A stretch of DNA of 64,000 nucleotides. It comes from Paramecium tetraurelia (lineage: Eukaryota). Shown one piece after another: positions 40,192 through 52,516 of the stretch (position 1 is its first letter; each line of letters opens with the position of its first letter). Both the position numbers and the translations under genes were made by a program. Under the pieces are notes generated by a model. The model ran no database searches. It worked only from the letters and a program-made list of their open reading frames with translations, and was not told the DNA's origin. The stretch spans positions 68,867 through 132,866 of the forward strand of contig CT868097.1 of NCBI GenBank assembly GCA_000165425.1, in the 5' to 3' direction.

Positions 40192-41170
40192 ATGAAGACA
40201 TCTCCTCTATCATTCTAAAGGGAAAATGACGAAACTGTTTGGCATACTCGCAAATTACGTTAAGAGACTGAGAAGGATATCTTATTAATGAAAAATAGAC
40301 TCAAATTATTAAAGAGAGGTGATGCACAGTTATCTAAGAGAATTGATGAAACTAAGAAGAAAACCAAATCTATGATAGAACTGAAAATGAATCATCATGC
40401 ATAAATTGAATAAGTAACTAACCTTATTTATTCAAACTCATTAGAAAAAACTAAGTCAGAAGAATGATGAAGAAATATTGAAGGATAAATAGAAATTAAA
40501 TTATAGCCTCAAAAAATAACAAGAAGAACAACTAGAAATGATCAAGAAGGCTATGGAACAAATCAAATTGGATGAATATAAAAGAATTAAGTATTCTTAC
40601 AATTTATCATCTAATCTAGAGAAATATCCATTAAAAACTCTGAAGCCATTAATAAATAGAAAGAAGAGTTTCTTAAAAAAAACAAAGAGAAAAGAGAACA
40701 TATAAAGGAAATTATGTCCCAATCAAAAACCAATATATCGCTTTATTGGAATGAAAAATTGTCCCACATCCAAAAGGAAAACGAAAAGTAAGCATTATTG
40801 ACAATTTTTCATTAGAGCTAAATTGGAGAACAAAAGGGCTTGCGAATACAATAAGGTTTAATAAGAAAAAATGGAGATGGAAGAGTCATACATGATGCAA
40901 AAATTAATGAGATCACAAGAGGTTTAAAAGAAATTAGTAGCAAGATTAGAAAAAGCAAAAAACTTGCCTCATGACGAATTCAATCACATGATCAAAGAAG
41001 AAGAAGATCATTCGCATCATCATCATAAAACTAATAAAAGTGCAGAAGCACCTCGTTGGTTACCTACTCCAGAAAAGGATCTTGTTGTGTCTCAAAACTT
41101 AGATTCAGAACCTTAGCAAGATTCTGATTAATAAAAAAAAGATGATAATCATGAAGATTAGTAAGAATGA
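40192..41170 (+). CDS. Hypothetical coiled-coil protein
   Basis: MKTSPLSFQREND...KLRQETEKDILLMKNRLKLLK; three tiny introns; TGA at 41168. Confidence 0.8.
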
Positions 41171-41265
41171 TCTGTTATCATGATAAATTAAAATTTTATA
41201 AGACTTGATTATTAAGCACAATAATAAAATTAATAATTTATTCTAATATACCTCTTCATATTAAT

Positions 41266-42561
41266 TCACAATATAAACTATTCTTAAATGTATTATTTCA
41301 ATGTTTGAATCAATGAATTATCATTGATATTATCTATGATTAGCGTTTGATTCTTTGTGATCATGAGCATCTCAAATTCATCATAAATTAATGAGTTTAG
41401 GCTGTATAAAATTATTAAATTATCGTTTCTGAATTTAGACAATATAGAAAAAAGCTTGAAGCTTTTATAACAGTAAGGGATTAACCTTATTAATAAGATA
41501 TTTTATTATTGTGGTTTTTATAAAATAAGATCTAGTATTGCGATACTATGTAACTTATTTTAGATTTCTGCTTATACTTTCTATTAACTTAAAGTTAAGA
41601 ATGGTATTTATTATAAATATGGGTTTAAAGTTAATAGCTAAGATTGGAACTCATTTCTTATGTATTGTTACATCCATTGAGATACTTAGTAATAATTCCA
41701 CTCTTTGTTAAAGATGTTGAATTTGAACTGATTAAATTCTAAATAAACAAGGAAAGGCCCATCTTTAATGTTTTTATACAAAAACCGTTATAGCAGTGTT
41801 TTAGCCATGAAGATTGGTTCAGTAATGATGAATACAACATTTCTATTTTAGTTTGATTATCTATAAATATCAGATTGCTTTTAGATGATTAGTTTGTTTT
41901 CTTTAAATTGATAAAGATTAAAAGAAATGTAGAGAAATGCCCTTTAGTTTTGATTTTATTTTAGATATGCAATATGTTTCATTGTAAAGTATTATTGTTA
42001 ATAAGGTTTCGAGTATTTTTCTAGGAAGGGTTTAATTTAGTCTAAACTTAAAATAAGCAAATGATAATCATAATTATCTTATTTCCTTCTGATGATGAGG
42101 TAGTCCTATTGGATTGAATAGTTTTAAATAAAGAATTCTTAATATATCTTATGATTATGAGGGTTTGCATAGTAAAACATATATAAAGGGTATTCATAAG
42201 CCAGTTGAAGAAGGTAATTATAGTATGATTAGTTGAGTCCATAGAAAAAGAGTAAATTCTCTTAAATTAAGTTGAGTTAATTGACAGGCATATTGAGGAT
42301 TGGTAATTATTGATGGAAATAAATGGTAAGCCAATATTTGATATCTAATTCAAATACATCCCATTGATATTAAATAATTGAGTTAGAATTATTAAGTAAA
42401 ATGGCTGATTATTCTTCTGATGGGATGTTGAGGATAGATAGGTTGAATTCATTGGCTAATTTAATAAAAGTGTATCTGTATTGAGCACAAAATGGTGGAT
42501 AGTAGATGATAATTTATTCCTGTTGAGAATAATGTATTAAAAATAACAATATAATAAACAT
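41266..42561 (-). CDS. Secreted protein, possibly a redox-inactive PDI/thioredoxin-like protein
   Basis: Signal peptide MFIILLFLIHYSQQE and a long open minus-strand frame; YPPFCAQY and LIPYCYKS resemble degenerate YAPWCGHC sites. Confidence 0.55.
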
Positions 42562-43016
42562 ATAAATATTAATTGGATTGGTCACTCTTGCTTTTCATTG
42601 AGTTGTATTTTGTCTTCTACGTTCAGTTATTTTTTCTAATATATTGTTGCTAGTGATATGTCCAGGATAGCAATGTCAGCTGCAACATTTTATAATGCTT
42701 GACTTAATTCTATAATTTCAAAGTCATCTAAATTTTGAATGTGCTAAAATAGCGATAAATTAGAGAATAAAGTCAAGCATAATCGATATATGAGATTCCA
42801 AACAAAATGGAAAATGCTATTACATTAAAGATAATAATCCAAGATGTATTAACGATAGTTTGATACCCAGTCATATAGGCAACAACATTTAAGATGGATA
42901 TGATATTGGTATCATTACGATGAATTTGACATATAAACTACATAGCTAATTATAGGCATGAGTAGGAATTTATTTATCATAATTAATAATATCTTTATTT
43001 ATTTATTTTTAATCCA

Positions 43017-45084
43017 ATGTTCAGAATTACAACTTAGGCCTTGTACAATCAATAAGCCAGAAAATTAGTTAATCGATTCTGTGTGGTGTCAAAAAATAAA
43101 CCAGAAGCTGGTCCTTCTTAAGTAATATGGATGCATAATGTTGATAGGGACATTTGACAGACAAATATACAGTGATAGATCACACATATGATGCAGTTGT
43201 TGTAGGAGCAGGTGGTGCAGGTTTAAGAGCAGCATTTGGTTTGGTTGAGCTTGGGTTCAAGACTGCTTGCATTTCAAAGTTGTTTCCCACTAGATCTCAT
43301 ACAGTGGCTGCTCAAGGAGGTATTAATGCAGCATTGGGAAACATGACAGAAGATGATTGGAGATGGTACTGATTGAGTTATATCTAGGCATGCATACGAT
43401 ACAATAAAGGGATCAGATTGGTTGGGAGACCAAGATGCCATTACTTATATGTGTAAGGAGGCTCCAAAGGCAGTTTACGAATTGGAAAGTTATGGTTTGC
43501 CATTTTCAAGAACTCCAGAGGGCAAGATTTATTAAAGAGCATTTGGAGGACAGAGTTTGAAATTCGGAACAGGAGGACAAGCTTATAGATGTTGTGCAGT
43601 AGCAGATAGAACAGGACATGCTATGTTACACACTTTGTTTGGAAGAGCCTTGGGATATGACTGTATTTTCTTTGTTGAGTATTTCGCTCTTGATTTGATG
43701 ATGGATGATCAAGGGTAATAGAGTGTTGTTGATAATTAATCATAGAGCTTGCAGAGGAGTTGTTTGTATGTCGATGGCAGATGGATCGATCCATAGGATT
43801 AGAGCAGGATACACAGTTAATAGCAACAGGTGGATATGGGAGAGCATTTCAATCATGTACATCTGCCCATACCTGCACAGGTGATGGAGGAGGCATGACA
43901 ATTAGAGCAGGTTTACCAATGGAGGATTTGGAGTTTGTCTAATTTCATCCTACAGGTATTTATGGTTCTGGATGTTTGATGACTGAGGGTTGCAGAGGAG
44001 AAGGTGGTATCCTCAGAAACTCATTGGGTGAAAGATTCATGGAAAGATATGCTCCTACAGCAAAGGATTTAGCCAGTAGAGACGTTGTTTCTAGAGCTAT
44101 GACTAAGGAAATTTTGGAAGGAAGAGGGTAGTTATTATTGTCATTTATAGAGTTGGACCAGAGAAGGATCACATCTACTTGCATCTCAATCATTTACCTC
44201 CTGAACTCTTGCATGAAAGATTACCAGGAATCAGTGAAGCTGCTAAAATATTTGCTGGTGTTGATGTTACCAAAGAACCTGCACCAGTCTTACCCACAGT
44301 TCATTATAATATGGGTGGTGTACCAACCAATTTCAAAACTGAAGTCCTTAATTAAGTTGGTGGCAAAGATCAAGTTGTTCCTGGACTTTTAGCAGCTGGT
44401 GAAGCAGCTTGTGCATCAGTCCATGGTGCCAATAGATTGGGAGCCAATTCCTTATTAGATATTGTCGTTTTTGGAAGACAAGCTGCTAATCTTGTTGGTG
44501 AAAAGTGGAAACCTGGATAGAAACAGCCAGATTTACCCAAAAATGCTGGAGAAGCTGCAATAGCTAGAATTGACAGATTAAGATATCATGAGGGATCTTA
44601 GACTGTTGCTCAAGTCAGAAAAGACCTCCAAAGAACTATGTAAAAACATGCTGCTGTCTTCAGAATTGAAAAGACATTGTAAGAGGGTGTTGAAAAAGTT
44701 AAAGAAATCTATTCAAGAAAAGATGATATCAGAATCAAAGATAAAGGACTTGTATGGAACTCTGATTTGGTCGAGGGATTAGAATTAGACAACTTACTAT
44801 GTATTTCTATATTTAAATATTATTTCAGTGCAAGGTAAAATGACCATCGAAGGAGCTCTAAATAGAAAGGAATCCAGAGGAGCACATGCTCGTGATGACT
44901 TCCCAGATAGAGATGACAAGAACTGGATGAAACATACATTGGCCAGAATCAAAGACACCAAGAACGGTGATATTGAACTAACTTATAGAGATGTATTAAT
45001 TAATACTATATTTTATAGGTTATCACTAAGACCTAAGATCCAAAAGAATTTGATACCGTTCCTCCAAAAAAGAGAGTGTATTGA
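43017..45084 (+). CDS. SDHA: Succinate dehydrogenase flavoprotein subunit (one apparent +1 frameshift at 43819-43820)
   Basis: [45 protein letters not shown] and RKESRGAH. Introns 43122-43147, 43366-43387, 43715-43745, 44128-44150, 44801-44828 and 44993-45018. Confidence 0.97.
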
Positions 45085-45278
45085 ATAAATATTAATAATA
45101 ATAAATAAAATATCATTTAAAATTAATCTGATTTCTTCTTCAATCAAATTCATTTCAAGATTAATTGTTCCTTTAATTACGAATCTTTTTCTTCAATAGC
45201 TAAATCTATAGTTTGTAACTAACATATCAATCAAAGAAAAATGTTTAATAATAAAGAATTAGAAATTATATTAATATT

Positions 45279-46912
45279 TCATGATTGCATGAGCCTCTTT
45301 ATTTACTATCTAATTTCTAAATAGTCAGAGATTTTAAGTTCCTTTAATGTCATAAACTATTAATTTTTAAATTCTTATGCAAATTCTTCATCTCTAATTC
45401 TTTCAAATAATACTTATCAATGATGCCAAAATAATAATGTAATTACTAAAAAGCGAGATCTCAGTTTATTATTATTTGTTAATCTTATTAGATAAATTGG
45501 TTGCATCAATATTTTAAGCAAGTATATGATTAAATTCGATGATTGAGTTTCTAATTATCTTTTTAATGGTCTTCCACTTCAATCCAAATAAAATTAATAG
45601 AACTCTAAATTATATTTCTAATATTCTATTATTAATGATTTATTGGTTTTAATCGATTGATTAGATTCTAAACAAGTCTTTGTAAATTAGTTATTTTTTT
45701 AATAAAAATTTGCAATGAATTTGCTATATAATATGCATTTTCTTTGCAAAATAGTTACCAATCTTTAATTTTTAAACTTATTGTCATTTTCAATCAATTA
45801 CTTGTAAATTGTATCCTTGATATTTTAGAGATGCCTTGAAAAAAAAATCCTGCGTTTCTCAATTAATAAAGGACTGATCAATCTGATTTCTTTTAATTTA
45901 GATATAATATTATTTAGAAACAAACACAATAAAAGCTAGCTGTAGAGTATCAAGAAATTTCATCAAAAAAAGCTTAATTTTTTAGTTTTTCCCTTATTAT
46001 TAATAGTAGTTATTTAATTATTTTTTGAATTCAAGTGCTTTTTAAGTATTGCATAAACTTGAGGATTTTTGCAATTCACATAAAATAGTTTTTTATTATA
46101 ACTATTTTATGTCCATGGTTCTGAGCAGTTTGGATTTCAGATTTATTATTTATTCAGTACTTCGAGTATGCATAGGCCTTTCAAATCTTTCTGCTTTTTT
46201 ATACTTTCTTTACCAGAGGATGTCTTTATAGTTTTGCAATTCCTAATCTTAAATATTGTTCAACGATGAACCATTATTTGATAAAATCCTTTGCAGTTTC
46301 AGATACTTTAGGGACATCTGGAAATGAGATAAGTTAATTGAGAATCTTAAAAATCAATTCTTATTGAGCCTATGCTTACCAGGGCGGGTATCCAAAGAGA
46401 ATTTCATAAAAGAAGACACCGAGACTCCAAATATCACTTTTGGCGTTATATTATGATTTGATTATAGTTTATGGACTCATGTAAAGAGGAGTGCTAACAT
46501 TCATCTCATTTTATAACTGATATAAGGGTTTTGCAATCAGAAATCAGCAATCTTAATACAATCATCATTGATTATTATGTTTTATGGTTTCAAGTCTCTG
46601 TGTATGATATCTCATATGATAATTTAGAATACTTTGTTAAGTCATTACATACATACCATCAATGATTTATCTAACGATAGCTACTGAATGGTCTTAACTC
46701 AAATATCCAAATTGTTTCTATTTCTAAGCTAGATCTCCTTGTCTACAGTATTGAGTGATAATATATATATTGTTTTAAGTTGTGAAATGCTCATAAAAAT
46801 TTAAAAGTATTTAGACCCTATAGATTGATTTTATTTTAATCGCTACCTTCTCCTTTGTTATTGTTTTTAGGCCTTTACCAATAATATCGCAAATACTAAA
46901 CTAATAATTCAT
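45279..46912 (-). pseudogene. Decayed Ser/Thr protein kinase gene
   Basis: VAIK, HRDLKPQN and PLYMSP remain, but the Gly-loop and alphaC are deleted, DFG reads DF* (TGA 46537-46539) and a frameshift follows. Confidence 0.85.
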
Positions 46913-47030
46913 AATTATTCTGGTCTGAAAACTCATATATTTTAGTTTGATTAATTAATTAAGTTAATTTGTTTAATATATAAATCCTAAGTCAAGTGAT
47001 TAATCTGGTTATTCCTAATATTATAAATTT

Positions 47031-49122
47031 ATGATTAAAACATTTAGTTTACAGTATGTGTCTCAAGAAATTGAGCAGTTGTATCGTTAATCAATGCTGA
47101 CAGGTCTAAAACATAGAAGGGAATATTTGTATGCAGTAGTGAGCATCTATTTAATTCTAATAATAATAAAGTACCAGAATTAGATGCCAATAATATTTGC
47201 TAGCGTTAGTCTAGCATTAATAATCATTTGCTATATAGCCATGAAGAAGTATCAATAATACAAAGAGATCTTTGTTGTTACAAATATACTTATAATGAGT
47301 GCAGTAATTGAAAGTCTAAGGCTTTTTGGATAAGAATCAAGCCAATGGTCTTATGGTTATCATTCATCCGTTTTAAAAATGTGTAAAATCTTATTATTTA
47401 TCATAGTCATCTATCTAAGTGGTTCCTCATTCATCTTTTAAACTTTTTTTTTCTTACTAACTTAAATGGCCAGCTTTTATAAGCTCTAAACATATGATCC
47501 ATAGACGATCATCTCACACTGCCTTATAACTATTTTAATTGTTTTATTAAGATATTAGTATGAAATGATAAGCAGAAACCACTTTTTAGTTAATTTATCC
47601 AAAGTTCAATATGAAAATATTTTAGAAGACTTATTGCCTACTTGGGTTGTAATTGTGAAATATAATAAATAAGCAGGCTAATTGGATATTGAAAAGATCA
47701 ATAAACATCTAAAAGAAAAGTTCAATTTATAAAACAACGAAATGTTAAGAGATTTTTTAAGGAAATTAGTATTTTTTGATATGGAAAATCAAATAACATA
47801 ATAATTTATAAAAATAGAACATGAAATAATTAAAGAGCTTAAATTGAAAAATGAAGATCATCCTATTCAAAAATATTTTGCTATTCTAGAAGACCAACAT
47901 AACTCGAAATTATGGAAGTTCAGAGTAACTTAAGTATATTTCAATACCTTTTAACCTTAAGTTTTATTGTTCTTTGAAGAAATTCAAGAGGATAAATATG
48001 ATTATTACGTAAATGCAATCGAGCAAAGGGATAAATAATTATATGTAATTATATTTGTTATAATAGTATAATGCCAAATTAAATTTGAAATAAATTAATA
48101 ATTAACTTGAAAACATTCAATAATTTTATCATGAAATATAAAAACATGAATGCTTAACACATGTGCTGCAAAACCTAAAACAATAACTGCAATTAAATTA
48201 TTTCCTTTTCAATTTAAATAGCAACCTATTTAATTAATATTAAATTTCATATAGACAAATTAAGAGCGATGTAAGTATCTTCAAATTGAACTAATTCATT
48301 AAAGATGTCTGTCTTAACCTTCAAATAGAATAAAAATAGGATAAATAGGAGGATCAAAATTTAAATTACAAGGACATATATTTACAGACTGACAAATAAA
48401 AACTCATTTCAATTATTATGAACCTCGTTTAATTTATTAAACTGCTGCTTTCTATTATTTATTGTGAGACCAATATTTTATACCAAGCCTAGCCTCTAAA
48501 TAAACCAATTCAGATTTCGATAAAGCAATCAAAAGATTTTGATGACTCTCTGCAATTTTCTATCACTCATCCTAGTTTAAATATTAACAATTCGATAGTA
48601 ACATAATTATAAGATATTCAACCATTCTCTTTGGATGACGATAAGAGGAATTGGGAATACAAAAATTATTTTGATTAAATCATTAGTATAAACCAAACCT
48701 TGTAATAAATGTTGAATATGTATAAAAAAGAAATATCTTCATTTTAATGTATTTCAGTTGAAAATTCAAAATTAAGTAACCCTTAAAATTAAAAGGTCAA
48801 TAATCAAATCAGCTAGTAAGAATATAACACTATTGGATATATTATAGCTCAATACTTCGTAAGTAGGCTAGGTCCATAAAATAAGTTTAATTTCAAATAG
48901 ACTTGTTATGACTTTGAAAAATTTAATACATCTTAATTCATAGGATTACAATAAACTAAGATACAGTTCTCTATATATAAAAACTATTTAAGTTTTTAAA
49001 AAGAAATAGTAAGTAATGGATTAGATTAAATTTTTGAGAATGATGCCTAAATTTAATCAGAAAGGATGACAAACTAAGAAATCTTTTAGAAATTATATCA
49101 ATTAACTCGCAAATCAAAATGA
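47031..49122 (+). CDS. Multi-pass membrane protein with a degenerate histidine-kinase-like C-terminus
   Basis: MIKTFSLQYVSQEIEQLY start, TM helices, FTDKQKLISIIMNLV (N-box-like) and TIGYIIAQYFVSRLGP (G2-like). No H-box is recognisable. Confidence 0.7.
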
Positions 49123-49726
49123 AATTATTTAATTTTTGCTTTTTAATTTATAATCTAATTAGTTTAAGTAACAATAGTAAATATATAATCTGAAAATAGA
49201 AGAATTCTAAAAATTCCCTTTTAAACTGATAAATTTATAACATGTACTTTAAAGCTTGGGATTCATATATATACTAAGCAAATTCAATTTCATAAAATAA
49301 AGGTAAACAAATTATGGAAATTTAATCCCAAAATGAATTAGAATTAAATAATAGAAGGAAATTTAACTTTCTAAGTAAGGATGTACGAATTTAATCTAAA
49401 GAACAATTCTAAAGTAAAATTGAATGATCGGGTGAAATTTAGATTATATAATATAAAATATAAATTGACCAAATTATTGATCATATTTATCTAAGATTAT
49501 TTATGAAAGTAAAAAATTAAGTAAATAGTTTTTCAATAGATGATCTATTTTTTCTCTCTTTTGATTAAAATAGTAGTATGTATTTTATTTTGATTCTTAG
49601 CATAAATTAGATGTGAATTCAGCTATTATTTTATTATAAATATCAAGAGATATGATTAATTTAAAAATTTGGTATTCTACTTTTTCACTATTCTTTTTAT
49701 TTATTTATAAATATTTTTAACAGATA

Positions 49727-51685
49727 ATGAGTGGATAAATTTCTTCTTCTGAATCAGAGGAAACCTCGTTTATATAAACTGAATAAGAACGAATTCTCAA
49801 GAGTTCCAATATTTTCAAGTAGAAAGAATAATGCAACAACATTTGTGCGAAGCATCCAAACAAAAAAGTATAACCATTTATTTAATCAGGCAAAATATTA
49901 TGTTCAATCTGATAACAGCAGATTATTTTGTTCAAAATGCGCTTTGAATTTGGCCTTGAAGGGATTAAAAATAGAGGAAACCTTAGAGAAGCAACCAGAA
50001 ATTTATAGATAATAAAGAATATAGAGATTTTAAGAATAGTTAAGTGAGGTTTTGAAATAATGCTCAAATAAACTCTTTTAGTTAAGAAACATAGAGATGA
50101 ATTCGTCAAAGCAATTAATGGAATAAAAAGAGAACTGTCAAAAGTTCTTTGAATCTGTTATCAATACTGCAAATTAATTGAAACTTACGTATTTGTCTAA
50201 ATTTGAAACTGATCACATTACTTAGTTGAATTAAATCACAGAGAAAATAAGTTTAGTTTAATAAATTGATACTTAATTGAAATAATATGAAATTGATATA
50301 TCTAAGAATCATGAGAACATAGTGAAACACATGGAAATGAAACCATTTGAAGATATAATGAATAGATATGAAAAAAGAGTTTCATAAACAAAAGAATAAC
50401 TTCAAGAATTCAATTAGGAATATTTCCAAAAATCAATTAAATTTGAGAATAATCAAATATTAGCTGACATGAATAAGATGTGTTATAATTTATTACTGAA
50501 AAGCGAAGACTCCTCTGAGTAAGCACCCAAACAAATCAAACTTGAAACTAGTCCAAAAATATTACAAAAAACCACTAATTCCCCTGTGGATATGAAAGTC
50601 TTTGAATTATTGGAAGGTGAAGACATTTACTAAAGTACTTGCTCAAATCCAATTAAGGATCACATATAATCACCAGTTAAAATATCAACTCAACTATAAC
50701 AATAGTAAAAATCAAAAGTGAATACATATTCTAATCCAGGATCTACTATACAGAATTCAAGAAGGGAGAGTAATGCTAATACTCCAGAAAGCTGGCAATT
50801 CAAGGCCTGTTTAGATAGGAAAAATCATTAAGTGACTCCAAATGATAGAGAAAGCTTCAAACACAATATCAGTGTGGGAGATTAAACCAGTAATGTTTAA
50901 TATCTCAACAACTAATTTGAATTAAATGAAAGGCATTTCAATTAACAAAATGAGAAGTAAAAAACTATAATTGAAGGGGAGAGACTAGATGAAAAGTCAA
51001 ATTAATTATTAATCAATAACATTAATTAGTTATATATCTAAAAATAAACAAAGGATACTGAGAGAAAAAGTGTGGAAGATCGAGAATTTACACCGAAACA
51101 TCAGAAGAACTTAACAACTGCAATTCCATAAACTTTTAAGTTATTGACCAATCATGCAAGTCAAAAATGTATCTGTTTTCATTTATTCAAGCTTAATATC
51201 AGTATCCTTTAGTAAATAACAACTTATTAGAATAAAAGAGCTAAAAAGAATTTTCTAAAACTAATTATGATTCATAACCATAATAGAAATCTCTGACTCC
51301 CCTTCATTAGGAACCCTAGTCAAGGATGAATAATCAATAGAATCATAAATAGGATAACCGCAGATCCAATTCAAAATAACCTAAATAGCCTTCTTTAGAT
51401 TAAATAGATGGAAAGCGACAATTTATACTTGCAAATATGAACATCTAATAGTAATACACTTCGTAACCTACTGCAAGTGAAGACACTTTGAAAGATAGGA
51501 TTCTAAAGGAGTTATGCAGTCATCCCGGAGAATCGGTTTATAATCAGGTGTTAAAATTGAATTGCTAATAAAAATTGAAGAATTAAAAATAAATATCTAA
51601 AGAGAACTTTGAATAGTCAACAACAGTTAGAATGAAAAATGCGAATGGATACTTGTGCATTAAAAAGCAATCTTATTAATAATGA
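49727..51685 (+). CDS. B-box-like zinc finger and coiled-coil protein
   Basis: CAKHPNKK|AKYY...FCSKCAL, then a coiled coil and a low-complexity S/Q/N tail. Tiny introns. Confidence 0.75.
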
Positions 51686-51739
51686 ATGATGATTTTATTA
51701 ATATTGTCTAGAATTCAATAATAATAAATTTATATAATT

Positions 51740-52471
51740 TCAGATGCATATTTCAGTCTAACAAATTGGACATTTCTTTTCGTTCATCAACCATTTCTTA
51801 ATACATTTTGAATGGTAATAGTGTTTACACTTAAGTTCTCTAATGTTGTCATGTGTCAGTATATCATTATAACAAATTGAACATCTAAAATACATTAATT
51901 AAATAATACCCATCTTTCTATCTGAGATATACTGTTCTTTTCGGTATTTTCTTTATCTATTCTTTAGTTAATCCTCTTGATACGTGACCTACTTAATTTT
52001 GTAACTCTAATAATTCTTCGTAGGACATTCCATCTGTTTAAAACTGTCTTTGTGGCATCATTGCTTCTTGCATAAATTCATAATATTATTGATGTTTCAT
52101 TTGTCTTTACATTTCAAGGAGCATAAGATCTTCAGGCGAGTACCTGACTTAACTCTACAATTCGTGATATCTCTATTAGAGATTTTAATAATCCTCTGTA
52201 AGATTTTTGAGTTATTCTTTGCTGATAAGTAGTTCAGATTTGAGCATTGCGTTTTCCTAGAATCATATAAATAGTTATACTTTCTTGATTTTCTCAATTT
52301 CAGTCAGTGGAGCCACTTTCGAAGCTTATGACTACGTTTATTGATAAGATTGTTGTTGTTATTATTACTAGAAATTGGTTTTTTAAGGCTCTTCTCGATT
52401 GAGGCCGTGTTAATTGTTTATTGTCTTTGAATATTATCCATTTGGTCTGGTAAACCTTTATTTCTAATCAT
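51740..52471 (-). CDS. RING-H2 finger protein (putative E3 ligase)
   Basis: C-terminal CSICYNDI...LKCKHYYHSKCIKKWL..CPIC; one intron. Confidence 0.88.
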
Positions 52472-52516
52472 TTTTAGAATCCATATACAGATAAATTAAT
52501 TAATTGATAAATATAA

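Noticed and set aside
41370..42240. Long plus-strand reading frame
   Set aside because: It is interrupted by several TGA codons, while the minus strand is open and has a signal peptide.
42581..42980. Hydrophobic minus-strand ORF remnant upstream of SDHA, vaguely PQ-loop-like
   Set aside because: TGA codons interrupt the frames I traced and no convincing motif remains, so it cannot be assigned.
46537..46539. In-frame TGA in the kinase as selenocysteine or readthrough
   Set aside because: It replaces the DFG Gly and comes with a frameshift and deletions, which indicates decay.
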